The notes under the pieces: model-generated
Databases searched by the model: none
Told to the model about the DNA's origin: nothing
What the model saw: the letters and a program-made list of their open reading frames with translations, nothing else
Part shown: piece by piece, positions 38,289-48,395 of the stretch
Layout: each line of letters begins with the position of its first letter
Numbering within the stretch: the first letter of the stretch is position 1
Program-made: the position numbers and the translations under genes
Assembly: GCA_965223795.1 (NCBI GenBank)
Contig: CBDCXL010000002.1
Coordinates: 2,848,001 to 2,912,000 of the forward strand
Source: Nitrospinales bacterium
GTDB lineage: Bacteria > Nitrospinota > Nitrospinia > Nitrospinales > VA-1
Length of the DNA stretch: 64,000 nucleotides
Direction of reading: 5' to 3'

Positions 38289-39319
38289 CCCGTCTTGACG
38301 GATTCGGCCATCTCCTGCACGCTCTCATTGATGGCCTCGGTCTCGGCGGAGGTCATCTTTTTCGAGGTGTTTTCCTTGTGGTCCGGCCGCACGATGCGGT
38401 TGTAGAGGGTGAAGTCTTTATCGAAGATGAACCTCAGCACGACTTTCGTCCACGAGTGGTGGAAGAACAGCGTGTCGTAGAACTCCGGTGCGATTTTGCG
38501 GATCTTCGGCAGCCTCGACCAGGGAACCATCATGAAATCGTGGTGCTCGTTGTGGTAGCCCATGTTGAAGCACAGCCGGTTGAGCGGGCCGTAGTAGGAG
38601 TAGGTCTCCTGGCCGGGATAGAACTGGTAATGTTCCTGAATCCAGCGGCCGCCCAGAGGATGCAGGCCGAGTCCGAACAGGCAGGACAAAAGCAGGTAGA
38701 TGAGCGAGCCCCAGCCGAAAAAATAAAGCACCAGCAGGCCGGCGCCGATGGAGGTGATGCCGTTGACCACGCTCCAGGGTTCGAGCACGTTGATCTTACC
38801 GATGCGCATGGGCCGCACAATGCCCTGGACGGCGGTGAAGAACAAAAGGCTCAGGAATTTGCGAAAGCTGCTGTTGCCCACCCATGCCGCTTCTTTGGGA
38901 CCGGCGATGTCCGCGTCCCAGCCCATCTCGGCGAGGTCGCGGTGGTGCAGCAGGTGGTAGTTGCGAAAGCCGATGGCCGAGGGAAACACGCCGGGCAGGT
39001 TGGCGGTGAGCGCCAGCGCCTTGTTCCAGAAAGGCTGCTTGAACACCAGGTTGTGCGTGCATTCGTGGATGATGACGTACAGGGCGTGCTCGCACACGGC
39101 GCCCACCAGCCAGGCGCACAGCAGGATGGCCCACCACGCGGCGTCCTGCAGGGCGGCGGCGATGCCGAACTGCAGCGCGACGATGCCCAGCGTCCACAGG
39201 GCGGTGGACGGCGTGGGGCCGAACAGCTCGCGGATCTGCGGATACTTCGCGAGGATGGCCTTGCGCCGCGCGATGTGCGGCTGCGGCGTGGTCACATGGG
39301 TGTAGTCGAATTGCGGCAT
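38285..39319 (-). CDS. Sphingolipid delta-4 desaturase / C4-hydroxylase (DES1/DEGS-like)
   Basis: N-terminal QPHIARRKAILAKYPQIRELFG (Lipid_DES-like); His boxes HECTH, HLLHH, HNEHH; GLHP...EHY..GQETYSYYGPLN. Confidence 0.9.
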   Translation of the reverse strand: MPQFDYTHVTTPQPHIARRKAILAKYPQIRELFGPTPSTALWTLGIVALQFGIAAALQDAAWWAILLCAWLVGAVCEHALYVIIHECTHNLVFKQPFWNKALALTANLPGVFPSAIGFRNYHLLHHRDLAEMGWDADIAGPKEAAWVGNSSFRKFLSLLFFTAVQGIVRPMRIGKINVLEPWSVVNGITSIGAGLLVLYFFGWGSLIYLLLSCLFGLGLHPLGGRWIQEHYQFYPGQETYSYYGPLNRLCFNMGYHNEHHDFMMVPWSRLPKIRKIAPEFYDTLFFHHSWTKVVLRFIFDKDFTLYNRIVRPDHKENTSKKMTSAETEAINESVQEMAESVKTG

Positions 39320-39388
39320 GGTCTGAATTCCGGGATCCGGTTCGTCCCGGTTATCATACAACAAAATCGCTTGCGGGCCGCGCGGCTT

Positions 39389-40060
39389 TTATCGGGGCTG
39401 CGCTTTGGCGGGACGCAGCCGCGTTTCCCGGGCCGGCTCTTTTTGGATTTTTTTCTGCAGATTGTTCAACAGCTTGTCCGACCAGTTTTTGGTCTGGGTG
39501 TTGAGAAACCAGGTGGGCAGCCAGCCGCCGGGGTTCACCCGCATCCGCACTTCCACGAGCGTGCGGGAGGGGTCGTCCTGGAGCGCCTTGAGCAGGAAGT
39601 GGCTTTTGCGGATGGTGCCGCGGATCTTGCCGCCGCCGTCGTAGGGGTAATCGTCGATCGAGTCCAGCGTCAGCAGGATCTCGTCGCCCCGGTCGTACTC
39701 CTGGCGGGCGTGGTAGATCAGGTAGCGGTCCTTGAACGGCCAGGCGAGCTTGTAGTGGTCGAAGTCGATGCGCTCGGTGGAAGAGATGTCCTTGAGCACC
39801 ACCTTGTTTCGGAGTCCGGGGGTGATGGCGATCGACTTTTGCACGTCTTTGAGAAATTCGGCCACAGCGGCGACGGGGGCGTCGATCACCGCCTGATTTT
39901 CGATGACTACCCACACCGGCGTCTGTTGCTGCTTCTTCTCCGCCTCAGGGTCTCCGGCGCTGGAGTCCATCCAGTCGTCGACAAAGGCAAAGCCGGGAGC
40001 GGCGAGACAAAGACAGACAATGAGCATGAGAAAGAAGGTGCGTGTTTGACCGGGAAGCAT
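39389..40060 (-). CDS. Secreted START-domain lipid-binding protein
   Basis: Signal peptide ending AFA; AVIDAPV, LAWPFKDRY, VNPGGWLPTWFLN. Confidence 0.75.
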   Translation of the reverse strand: MLPGQTRTFFLMLIVCLCLAAPGFAFVDDWMDSSAGDPEAEKKQQQTPVWVVIENQAVIDAPVAAVAEFLKDVQKSIAITPGLRNKVVLKDISSTERIDFDHYKLAWPFKDRYLIYHARQEYDRGDEILLTLDSIDDYPYDGGGKIRGTIRKSHFLLKALQDDPSRTLVEVRMRVNPGGWLPTWFLNTQTKNWSDKLLNNLQKKIQKEPARETRLRPAKAQPR

Positions 40061-40389
40061 GGAGTCGTGTCCTCGTGCGGTGCGGGCTGGTAATAGATTG
40101 AAATTAATAAGATAAAACTATGAAATTTTTTAAAATTTCGACATTCATAGATTAAGAAAATTTTGCTCCGGCATCAAGAAAGAATGAGGGTTGCGGCCGG
40201 GGCGGGCGCCTAACCCGGTATTTTTTAACGGTTCTGTGGGTTTCCGCTGTGTGCCGCCGGTCCGGGCTCACCGGCGTTCAATTAAGCATTGCGTTTCAGC
40301 GCATTCTAAGCATACACTCGCATCTCGCCGGGCGCAGCGCACCCGCGTCCATCCGCACAGAAGATCCCAAACCCCTGCCGGACAATCCG

Positions 40390-41514
40390 ATGTCGTCTCC
40401 TGAAATTCCGGAAAAACTCAAAATCGCCCTGGTGTGCGACTGGTTCCTGCCGCAGATGGGCGGGGTGGAGATGCACCTGGGGGATCTGGCTCCACGGCTC
40501 GCGCGGATGGGCCACGACGTGCACGTGATCACGCCCATTCCCGGCCCGGATTCGGGCGACGGCTACCGCGTGCACCGGCTGGATGCGCCGCTGTTCCCCA
40601 AATTCCGCTTCGTCTGGACGCCTTCTGCGTTTCGCGCCATCGAGGGTATCTTGCAAAAGGAGCGATTCGATGTGGTGCACTGCCACGGCAACATCTTCTC
40701 GCCCACCGCTTACGGGACCTTGTACCTGGCGCAAAAACGGGGGATTCCGGCGCTCATCACCTGGGCCTCGATCCTCGGGCCCTACCGGTGGGCGCTCAAA
40801 CTGCTGGATGTTGTATTTCGCTGGTCGCAATGGCCGGTGCTGTTTTCCGCTGTGAGTGACGTCGTGGCCCGCGGCGTGCGCACGCTGGTGGATACGGTGC
40901 ACTGGCTGCCCAACGGGCTGGACGTTTCCGCCTGGCGCGTGGAGCCGGAGCCGAAGCCCACAGGAGAGATCCGGCTGATCTCGGTGATGCGGCTGTACCG
41001 CAAAAAGCGCGCCAAGGCGCTGGTGCGCATGGTGCCGGAAATCGTAAAGGCGATGCCTGTGGGCCAGCGTCTCCGGCTCACGATCGTGGGCGAGGGGCCG
41101 GACCGTGAGGACCTGGAACGTCTGATCGGACAACTCGATCTGAAGGACACGGTGGAACTCACCGGCCACAAGGAACGGAGCGAGTTCCTAAAACTGTTTG
41201 CCGGGTCGGACATCTACGTGCAGCCGACCATCTGGGAGTCGTTCGGGCTGGCGGCGCTGGAAGCGCGCTGCGCGGGCCTGCCGGTGGTGGCGAGAACGCA
41301 GGGCGGCGTGCCGGAGTTTGTGGGGGAGGGCGGGTTGTACGGCAAAAACGACGCGGAGGTGCAGGCGCATATCCTGCGGCTCATCGAAGATGTATCGCTC
41401 AGGGAGTCCATCGCGCGGCGCAACCGGGAAACGGCGCCGCCGCTGGATTGGAGCGTGGTGCTCGACAGGCACATCGAGCTTTACCGGATGGCGATTGAGA
41501 AAGTGCGGGGATGA
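40390..41514 (+). CDS. Glycosyltransferase family 4 (PIG-A/PimA-like N-terminus)
   Basis: KIALVCDWFLPQMGGVEMH, PNGLD, VGEGP, ESFGLAALEA..GLPVV...GGVPE. Confidence 0.9.
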   Translation: MSSPEIPEKLKIALVCDWFLPQMGGVEMHLGDLAPRLARMGHDVHVITPIPGPDSGDGYRVHRLDAPLFPKFRFVWTPSAFRAIEGILQKERFDVVHCHGNIFSPTAYGTLYLAQKRGIPALITWASILGPYRWALKLLDVVFRWSQWPVLFSAVSDVVARGVRTLVDTVHWLPNGLDVSAWRVEPEPKPTGEIRLISVMRLYRKKRAKALVRMVPEIVKAMPVGQRLRLTIVGEGPDREDLERLIGQLDLKDTVELTGHKERSEFLKLFAGSDIYVQPTIWESFGLAALEARCAGLPVVARTQGGVPEFVGEGGLYGKNDAEVQAHILRLIEDVSLRESIARRNRETAPPLDWSVVLDRHIELYRMAIEKVRG

Positions 41515-41520
41515 ACCCGT

Positions 41521-42510
41521 TCACTCCGCAGGGGTGGTGGCCGGGACCGGGGCGGGGTAGAAGTTGCGGAACAGCAGGATGCCGTAGCCGACGACGAATT
41601 TGGGAAGCAGATACAGAATGTGCTGAAACAGCGCCAGCCCGAGGGACAGTTCCGGCGACAGGCCGAGGAACTGGTAGATGAAAAACACCGTCGCCTCGTA
41701 GATCCCCAGGTTTCCGGGCGAGACAGGCACCATGGTGGCGAGGCTGACACCGGCCATGACGAACAATGCGGTCCAGATCGGCAGGTCGAGCCCGAAACTC
41801 TTCTGCACGCAGTAGACCAGGCCCACTTCGCCGCCTTTCATCAAGAGGGCCAGCAGCAGGCCGACCGCGAACACCTTCCAGCTTCGAAGCGCTTCCAGGT
41901 GGTGGCCCCAGCGGGAGATGAAATGCCAGAGTTTTTTCCAGCGCGGGCTGGAATGACTGCGCATGAACCGTTTGAGTTGCCGGTAGCGGAAGGCGCAGAA
42001 GAACAGCAGCGTGGTGAACAGGAAGATCACGGCGCAGGCGGCGAGGATGCCGGTTTTCATCCAGCCGGGCAGCGGCGTGAACGCCGCCACCAGGATGAAC
42101 AGGCTGAGCTTGGCGAAGCCTTCGGCCAGTTGATCGAGCGCCATCACCGAAAGCGCGACCGGGGTTCCGGTCTTTTCCCGCTTGGCCAAAAGGACGATGC
42201 CCAGGGCGTGCCCGGCCAGAAAGGGCAACGTGTTCGCGGTCATGGCGATGAGCGCGTTGATCTCCAGCATGCGGCCGAAGTGGACGTGGTAGCCCTTGGG
42301 CAGAAACACACGCCATTGCAGCGCCCAGAACCCCAGCACGGACAGATCGGCCAGCGCCGCCAGCAGCAGCCAGCCCCCGTGCACGCTGGTCCACTCCGTC
42401 AGCGCCTTGTCCCAGTCGATCTGCCGCACGCAGAAGTAGATCGCCGCCGTGGCGATCACCCAGGCGAGGACCCAGAGCCATTTTTTGTGCGGGTGCTGAA
42501 AGAGCGACAT
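41521..42510 (-). CDS. LPG_synthase_TM / UPF0104 flippase-like membrane protein
   Basis: Multi-TM; QWRVFL, ANTLPFLAG, PVSPGNLGIYE. Confidence 0.8.
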   Translation of the reverse strand: MSLFQHPHKKWLWVLAWVIATAAIYFCVRQIDWDKALTEWTSVHGGWLLLAALADLSVLGFWALQWRVFLPKGYHVHFGRMLEINALIAMTANTLPFLAGHALGIVLLAKREKTGTPVALSVMALDQLAEGFAKLSLFILVAAFTPLPGWMKTGILAACAVIFLFTTLLFFCAFRYRQLKRFMRSHSSPRWKKLWHFISRWGHHLEALRSWKVFAVGLLLALLMKGGEVGLVYCVQKSFGLDLPIWTALFVMAGVSLATMVPVSPGNLGIYEATVFFIYQFLGLSPELSLGLALFQHILYLLPKFVVGYGILLFRNFYPAPVPATTPAE

Positions 42511-42547
42511 GTTCTGTGAGTTGAGGGTTTGAGTCCGTGTCCGGCGG

Positions 42548-43267
42548 TCAGGCGGCCAGGGAAGGTTGGGGATGCAGTTCGTTCATTCTCACAAAGGTGA
42601 ATTTTTTTCTTTTGAGCTGCCTGAGCACGCTGCGCACGCATTCGACGGCGGTCTCGCCGGTCTTGAAGCGGCAGTCGTAGCGCAGGTTTTCACGGGTCAG
42701 GTCGACGAATTCCCACGGATGCACGTACAGCACCAGAGGCGACGCCAGCGCCGTGAGATAAGGCGTGCGGATCCAGTGCGGCAGCCTGAGCGCCGATGAG
42801 GTGAGGGACACCGGAATCCGCGTGAGCCCGGAGGACGCCGGGGATTTTTTATAATACGAAAGTTTGTACTTCGCCTGCGAGGAGTCGAGCAGAAACCCCG
42901 AATCTTCCAGCAGATGCAGATACGTGTCCGGGAATTGCAGATAGGGCGCGCGAAACGAGGTCACGGGCGCGAACTCACGCAGGATTTCGGCGGAAGTGCG
43001 GATGTCCTCGCGGGCGGCGTTCTCGTCCATCGTCATGAAATCCCTGTGGGCGTGGCCGTGGCTTGCGAGTTCGTGGCCCTCGGCGACGATCTTTTGCACG
43101 CATTCGGGATAATCGCGGGCGATCTGGCCGGTGGTGAAGAAGGTGGCCGGCACCTTTTCCTGGCGCAGCAGCCGGAGCAGCGGGTCCATGCCTTCCTCGA
43201 TGCCGCGGAACGTTCCCATGTAGGGAAGGCAGTCCGGTTCCACGTCGATGGTGAAGCAGGCTTTCAT
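42548..43267 (-). CDS. Polysaccharide deacetylase (CE4/NodB fold)
   Basis: FTIDVE, ATFFTTG, HELASHGHAH, FRAPY, YVHPWE; likely start ATG 43267. Confidence 0.88.
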   Translation of the reverse strand: MKACFTIDVEPDCLPYMGTFRGIEEGMDPLLRLLRQEKVPATFFTTGQIARDYPECVQKIVAEGHELASHGHAHRDFMTMDENAAREDIRTSAEILREFAPVTSFRAPYLQFPDTYLHLLEDSGFLLDSSQAKYKLSYYKKSPASSGLTRIPVSLTSSALRLPHWIRTPYLTALASPLVLYVHPWEFVDLTRENLRYDCRFKTGETAVECVRSVLRQLKRKKFTFVRMNELHPQPSLAA

Positions 43268-43499
43268 GATGTCGCTCCCTCGGATTGATTCCCGGATAGA
43301 GGCGGGACCGGTTTCGGGCGCCGGGCTGGCGGTTCGGGACCGGGCGGTCCGGGCCGCACGGCCCAATTACTATAGCATTGTTTCACGTTTGCATCCACAT
43401 CCACGGCGGGCGCAACTTCCAGCGGCGGCGAAGCCCGGGATCTGTTAAGATTCAGGCCGTTTGCCAGCGGTTCGCTGGCTCAGTCCAGGTCCTTATCCG

Positions 43500-45116
43500 A
43501 TGCTTTCTGCAAGACAGTTCGGCGTTGCTTTTCTTGCCATTGCGGCCGTCGTGGCGTATTTCCTCCGGGTCTCGGAAAACAAGCTCGGCATCCGGGTGCT
43601 GGACGGCTATCTGACGTTTTACGCCTTGAGCCTGTTTGGCGCGTGGGGCGTTCTCGGGCGGCCGTGGACCCTCAGCGCGGCGAGGAAAAACCGTCCGTGG
43701 CTGCGCTGGCTTGAGCGGCTTTCGGCGCGATCGCTGCACATCGTGGGTGCGCTGTCGCTCGCGTTTTTCATCGTCTGGACGCTTTTGTTTTTATTGAAGC
43801 ACCACTCCTTCAACACGGACATCATCGATTCGGGCGTTTACAGCAATGTGGTGTTCAACTCGAGCGAAGGGCGGTGGTTCCATTCCTCCCATTACGGCTA
43901 CCACTCGCTGGGGGAGCATTTTTCGCCGATCGTCCTGATCTTCGTGCCGCTGTTCTGGATCGAACCCAGCCTGCTGTGGATGATCGTGGCGCAGGCGGCG
44001 GCGCTCGCGGTCTGCCCGGTGATCCTTTTTTTCATCCTGCGCGAATGCGTTCCCGGCCCGAAGACGGCCGGTATTTTCGCGATGTTCGCGGCGCTGTTGT
44101 GGATTGCGTTCCCGGCGCTGCTCAACGCGCTGGGCGGTTTTCATCCCTCGACGCTGGCGCCGCCGTTCATCCTGCTGGCCTTTCTGTTTCTGCTGCGCGA
44201 GCGCTGGCTTTGGTTCTGGGCCACGATGGCGTTTCTGCTTCTGTTTAAGGAGAATCTGTCACTGGTGTGGATCGCCTTCGGCCTGTACGCGCTCCTGATC
44301 CCGAAATGCCTGCGGCTGGGGGCGGCGCTTCTGATTCTCGGCGCGCTGTGGGGCATCGCGGTGACCAAAGGCATCATCCCGTATTTCCGGGGCGGCGGCT
44401 GGGAGCATCCGGGACGGCTGGGGCCCACGGCGTTTCCTCTGCTCAAGCTCAAATACCTGGCCCTGTACGTGTTTCTGCCTATCTGGTTTCTGCCGCTTGC
44501 GGACTGGCGCACGCTGCCGATGGTCACGCCGCCGCTGGCGCTGAACCTCGCGGTGAAGTACAAAAACCAGTTTCTCGGCATCTATCATTACGACGACATC
44601 GTGGTGCCGCTTTTGTTTCTCGCGGCGGTGTATGGAGTTTTGCGGCTTAAGGAAAAAAAGTTCTGGCAGCGGTTGTGGCGGTTCCAGGCGCGGTTCGTGA
44701 TCGGGTGGCTGCTCATTCCCGTTGGCTTCGCGGCCGCGTACCCGCTTGTGCATGCGGTGATGTTTTTTCCCGGCGAGACGCAGCGGGCGGTCGCGCGCGA
44801 GGTGGCCGCGGTCGATGAACGCTGGCCCAAGCGCAAGATCCACATGCAGTACGCGCTGGGAGCGCACCTGAACCTGCGGCCCGAATCCCAGCCGCTGAAG
44901 GGGGACTTCAGGGACTGGAAATTCGCGCCCGGCGACCTGATCGTTCTGGCGCCGGAGCTGAAATCGTTCCGCACGGCGCGCTATTGGGAAATAGAGGATT
45001 ATGCCGGCGCGCTGCAATTTTTCGCGGACCGGGCCGGAAAACGCTTTAAAAGAATTGATTCCGGGTTTCGTTTCCTTATAATTTACGAGGCTTTGCCGGA
45101 CCGTGGCCCGGCTTGA
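43500..45116 (+). CDS. DUF2079 membrane protein (GT-C-like)
   Basis: DSGVYSN, LGEHFSPI, FHPSTL, LFKE, YHYD; many TM helices. Confidence 0.75.
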   Translation: MLSARQFGVAFLAIAAVVAYFLRVSENKLGIRVLDGYLTFYALSLFGAWGVLGRPWTLSAARKNRPWLRWLERLSARSLHIVGALSLAFFIVWTLLFLLKHHSFNTDIIDSGVYSNVVFNSSEGRWFHSSHYGYHSLGEHFSPIVLIFVPLFWIEPSLLWMIVAQAAALAVCPVILFFILRECVPGPKTAGIFAMFAALLWIAFPALLNALGGFHPSTLAPPFILLAFLFLLRERWLWFWATMAFLLLFKENLSLVWIAFGLYALLIPKCLRLGAALLILGALWGIAVTKGIIPYFRGGGWEHPGRLGPTAFPLLKLKYLALYVFLPIWFLPLADWRTLPMVTPPLALNLAVKYKNQFLGIYHYDDIVVPLLFLAAVYGVLRLKEKKFWQRLWRFQARFVIGWLLIPVGFAAAYPLVHAVMFFPGETQRAVAREVAAVDERWPKRKIHMQYALGAHLNLRPESQPLKGDFRDWKFAPGDLIVLAPELKSFRTARYWEIEDYAGALQFFADRAGKRFKRIDSGFRFLIIYEALPDRGPA

Positions 45117-45186
45117 GCCGCAAACGAACGCCGCGATGCGCTGCCAGGACGGGGTCCGATAAGAAATCGCACCCAGAATCAATTAG

Positions 45187-45205
45187 TTGCGGAAAAATTC
45201 CGCAA
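45187..45205. promoter_or_regulatory. Perfect 8-bp inverted repeat upstream of the LtaS-like gene (operator or hairpin)
   Basis: TTGCGGAA-AAA-TTCCGCAA in the intergenic region. Confidence 0.3.
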
Positions 45206-45298
45206 ACTGATTCATAATGGTTGTCGCTGTGTTCGCGCGCGCAAACCTGCGGACGCTCTCTATCTCGAATTCCCTCCCGGACCTGGGGTGACCTGTCT

Positions 45299-47317
45299 AT
45301 GATTTTCAAGCTCTACCACCGGTTGAAACCGCATTTTTTTCACCCCATCGCCCTGACCATCCTGATCGTTATTCTGGCCCGGTTTTTGAGCATCCTGCTG
45401 CATTGTTTCGGCACCGACCCCGGCGGGCACAAAATCGTGGCGTCGTCGTTTCAGACCGCCATCCTGGCCACGTCGCACCACCTGCCGGAGCTGATGCTGA
45501 TCGGGGTGTTCTTCCTGATTTTATGGAAGCTCCTCGTTCCGCTGCGGCCGCTGGTGACGGCGGGCGCGCTTCTGGTGTTCGGCGCGATTCTGCTTTTAGG
45601 GCAGATCGATTTCGGGCTGCTGCGGTTTCTCGGGCAGCGCTTCACGCCGACGATGATGCAGACCTACGTCGGTCCGGAGATGGTGTCCACCCAGCTTTAC
45701 CGGCCGCTGCTCAACGATATCGGCTACGTGGCCGTGAATCTGGGCACCGTGTTCGTGGCCTGGCTGCTGATGGGCTGGAGCGCGGTCGCGCACTGGCGCA
45801 AGCAGAAGGACCACGGGATCTCGAAATCGCTGATCGCGGCGCTCATCGTGAGCGCGGGCATCCTCTACATGCCGGCCTACGCCCTGGCGCACTCCAGGGG
45901 AGAGATCTTCAAGCCGGCCGAGTGGCTGTTCGTGGAATCGCTGTTCAAAAAACAGGAGACCGCCGCTCCCAAAGACATGCAGGCGGCGCGCGCCGACCTG
46001 CGCTCCGTCATTGACAGCGGCGGCGCCTATCAGTGGTCCGACCCCGGCTACCCGCTGATGAAACGCGCGCCGCAAGCCCGGCCGGTTTCCGTCAAATCCG
46101 GCCGCAAACTGCCGAACATCATCTTTTTCGTGGTGGAATCGCTGCGCGGGCGGGACGTCGGCTACGGGGAGCACCGCAAGGAAAAAAGCCACACCCCGCG
46201 CCTCGATCAACTGGCGAAAGAGTCGGTGGTGTTTCCCCGCTACATCGCCAACGGCAGTCCGAGCACGCGGGCGTTTTTTGCGATCAACACGTCCGTCCTG
46301 CCGCACCGGGAAAAATTCGTCATCTCCAGCTTCATGGACCTCAACGTGGACGCGCTGCCCAAGCGGCTGAAGGATTTCGGCTACGCGACGTTCGCGCTGT
46401 GGGGCTCGAATCCGAGTTTCGACAATCAGCTCGACTGGGGGCGGCGCTGGTACGACCATCTCGATTTCGAGCTGCCGGAAAACCAGGTTCTGATCACCAA
46501 GCGGATCAGCGACGAGCTCATCATGGACCGGCTGCTCCATCAGATCGACGCGCACGACGCCAAGCAGACCGGACAGCCGTTTTTCGCTTACGTCGCCACC
46601 ACGGGAACGCATTATCCGTACACCAAGGAGGATTCGTATTACGTTCCGCTGTCGGCGATGGGGGACGCCAGCGAAGTGAGCACCGGCGGCATCGAGGATG
46701 TGCAGGAGCGTTACAACATCACGCTGAAAAACCTGGACTATCACATCGGCCGGGTGCTGGACGCGCTCAAGCGCACCGGCAAGCTGGAGAACACGCTCAT
46801 CGTGGTGGTCGGGGATCACGCGGACAACACCGATGAAAGGGTGCCGCCGGGCCTGCGCGGCATGCCGGTGGACTACCGCGTGTGGACGTCGGCGCTGATC
46901 TACGGACCCGAGTGGCTGATCGGCAAACCCAGGGTCGAGACCTTTCCGGCCAGCCATGTGGACCTGATGCCGACCGTCCTCAATCTGATCGGCGATACGC
47001 GCACCAATGCGTCGATGGGGATGGACCTGTTCGCGGACATTCCGCATTCGAAACGGCAGGCGGTGGCCATCCGGGAAACCGGATTCAGGGTCGACAAGGG
47101 CGGCTATTCCCTGTTCGTGCGCACGGGAGATCCTTCTGCATTTTGGGTCTCCAAATCCTTCGAGTGGGAAGGCTCGTTTTCCACATCTTTGGAAGGCACG
47201 CCGTTTTCACCCGACGAACCCGGTCAGTGGAACGACCGGATTCATTTTCTTTCCTACCTGATCGAGAACAACCTCATCTGGAGCGAGCGCAAATTCCAGA
47301 AGGCGCAAAGCGGGTGA
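45299..47317 (+). CDS. LtaS/MdoB-like membrane-anchored alkaline-phosphatase-superfamily phosphotransferase
   Basis: About 5 N-terminal TMs; PNIIFFVVESLR, NGSPSTRA, THYPY, VGDH, SHVDLMPT; no CxPxR sulfatase motif. Confidence 0.8.
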   Translation: MIFKLYHRLKPHFFHPIALTILIVILARFLSILLHCFGTDPGGHKIVASSFQTAILATSHHLPELMLIGVFFLILWKLLVPLRPLVTAGALLVFGAILLLGQIDFGLLRFLGQRFTPTMMQTYVGPEMVSTQLYRPLLNDIGYVAVNLGTVFVAWLLMGWSAVAHWRKQKDHGISKSLIAALIVSAGILYMPAYALAHSRGEIFKPAEWLFVESLFKKQETAAPKDMQAARADLRSVIDSGGAYQWSDPGYPLMKRAPQARPVSVKSGRKLPNIIFFVVESLRGRDVGYGEHRKEKSHTPRLDQLAKESVVFPRYIANGSPSTRAFFAINTSVLPHREKFVISSFMDLNVDALPKRLKDFGYATFALWGSNPSFDNQLDWGRRWYDHLDFELPENQVLITKRISDELIMDRLLHQIDAHDAKQTGQPFFAYVATTGTHYPYTKEDSYYVPLSAMGDASEVSTGGIEDVQERYNITLKNLDYHIGRVLDALKRTGKLENTLIVVVGDHADNTDERVPPGLRGMPVDYRVWTSALIYGPEWLIGKPRVETFPASHVDLMPTVLNLIGDTRTNASMGMDLFADIPHSKRQAVAIRETGFRVDKGGYSLFVRTGDPSAFWVSKSFEWEGSFSTSLEGTPFSPDEPGQWNDRIHFLSYLIENNLIWSERKFQKAQSG

Positions 47318-47351
47318 GTGTCTTTGATTCGAGAGGCAACGGCCGCAGCGT

Positions 47352-48083
47352 TCAGTTGAATGGAGGCAGCGTTTTGCGATCCATTTCCCGGGCGGTGAGA
47401 TGCATTCTCTGCTCGATGCGCTGCCGCTTGCGGTCCGCGATGGAGACGGCGTGCGCGTCGTTTTTTTCCTTCCCGAGTTTTGAGGCGACCGCCACTTCCT
47501 CAAGGGCTTTGTCCCATTCCTGCAGGCGCTCGTAGACGCTGATGAGGTTGAGGTGCGCCTGAACGTGCTCCGGCTCGATGGCGATCGTTTTGCGGTAATA
47601 TTCGGCGGATTCGGCGAGCTTCTGGGCGTACCAGTATTCCAGCGCGATTTTGAAATGCAGCCCGGCATCGTCGGGGCGGGTTTGCGTGGCGAGGATGTAT
47701 TGCTCGGCGGCGGCCTCATTCTGGTTCATTTTGCCCAGCACCTCGGCGAGGCCGAGGCGGGCGTCGAGATGGCCCGCGTCGAGCTTGAGGGTTTTTTCGT
47801 ACGCGGCGACGGCTTCCTTGCGCTTGTCCCATTCCGCGTACACCGCGCCCAGGCGGTGGTGCGCGCCGGTGTGATCCGGATGTTTCTGCAAAACCCGGTT
47901 CAGCATATCGACCGCTTCCTGAAGCGCCCCGACTTCCTGCTCCTCCTTCGCCCGCTGCACCCAGTAGTCCGGATCTTCGGGTTCGCCCGTTTTGGCGCTG
48001 TCGGTGTCCGCACCGGTGCCGCATCCCAGGAAAAGCAGGGCGGTGAGGGTGAAAATGATCAGGTATCGAGGATACGCGGTCAC
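47352..48083 (-). CDS. TPR-repeat lipoprotein
   Basis: Lipobox FLGC; repeated TPR helices (AHHRLG..Y, ARLGLA, AHLNL). Confidence 0.85.
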   Translation of the reverse strand: MTAYPRYLIIFTLTALLFLGCGTGADTDSAKTGEPEDPDYWVQRAKEEQEVGALQEAVDMLNRVLQKHPDHTGAHHRLGAVYAEWDKRKEAVAAYEKTLKLDAGHLDARLGLAEVLGKMNQNEAAAEQYILATQTRPDDAGLHFKIALEYWYAQKLAESAEYYRKTIAIEPEHVQAHLNLISVYERLQEWDKALEEVAVASKLGKEKNDAHAVSIADRKRQRIEQRMHLTAREMDRKTLPPFN

Positions 48084-48273
48084 GGTCGTTCTCCGGGGCG
48101 GGACGCCGCGTGAAAATCACGGACACACCGCCGGTTGTGAAAGCATCAAGGGTACCGCAAATTCTTTGAGATTATAATAAAAAGAGCGGGCAGTACTGAA
48201 AACGCATTCGGCGCCCGGATACCGCGGGGATACCTCTGCATAAGCCGTTTGGCAAAATAAAATCGTACATTTT

Positions 48274-48352
48274 GTCACCCTGAGCCCTTCGGCAAGCTCA
48301 GGACAGGCTTGTCGAAGGGTGCCGTTGAATGCTTCGACAGACTCAGCATGAC
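48274..48352. repeat. REP-like nested palindromic element
   Basis: GTCACCCTGAG...TTGTCGAAG...CTTCGACAGACTCAGCATGAC with an internal CTTCGGCAAGCTCAGG copy. Confidence 0.65.
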
Positions 48353-48395
48353 GAATTAAATGACTCATGCCATGGTCTCTAAGGAGCCGGGCTTT

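Noticed and set aside
45299..47317. True sulfatase matured by the FGE-domain protein at 16.4 kb
   Set aside because: No C/SxPxR motif; topology and Thr/Ser region fit LtaS-type transferases. The FGE-domain protein lacks the catalytic Cys pair.
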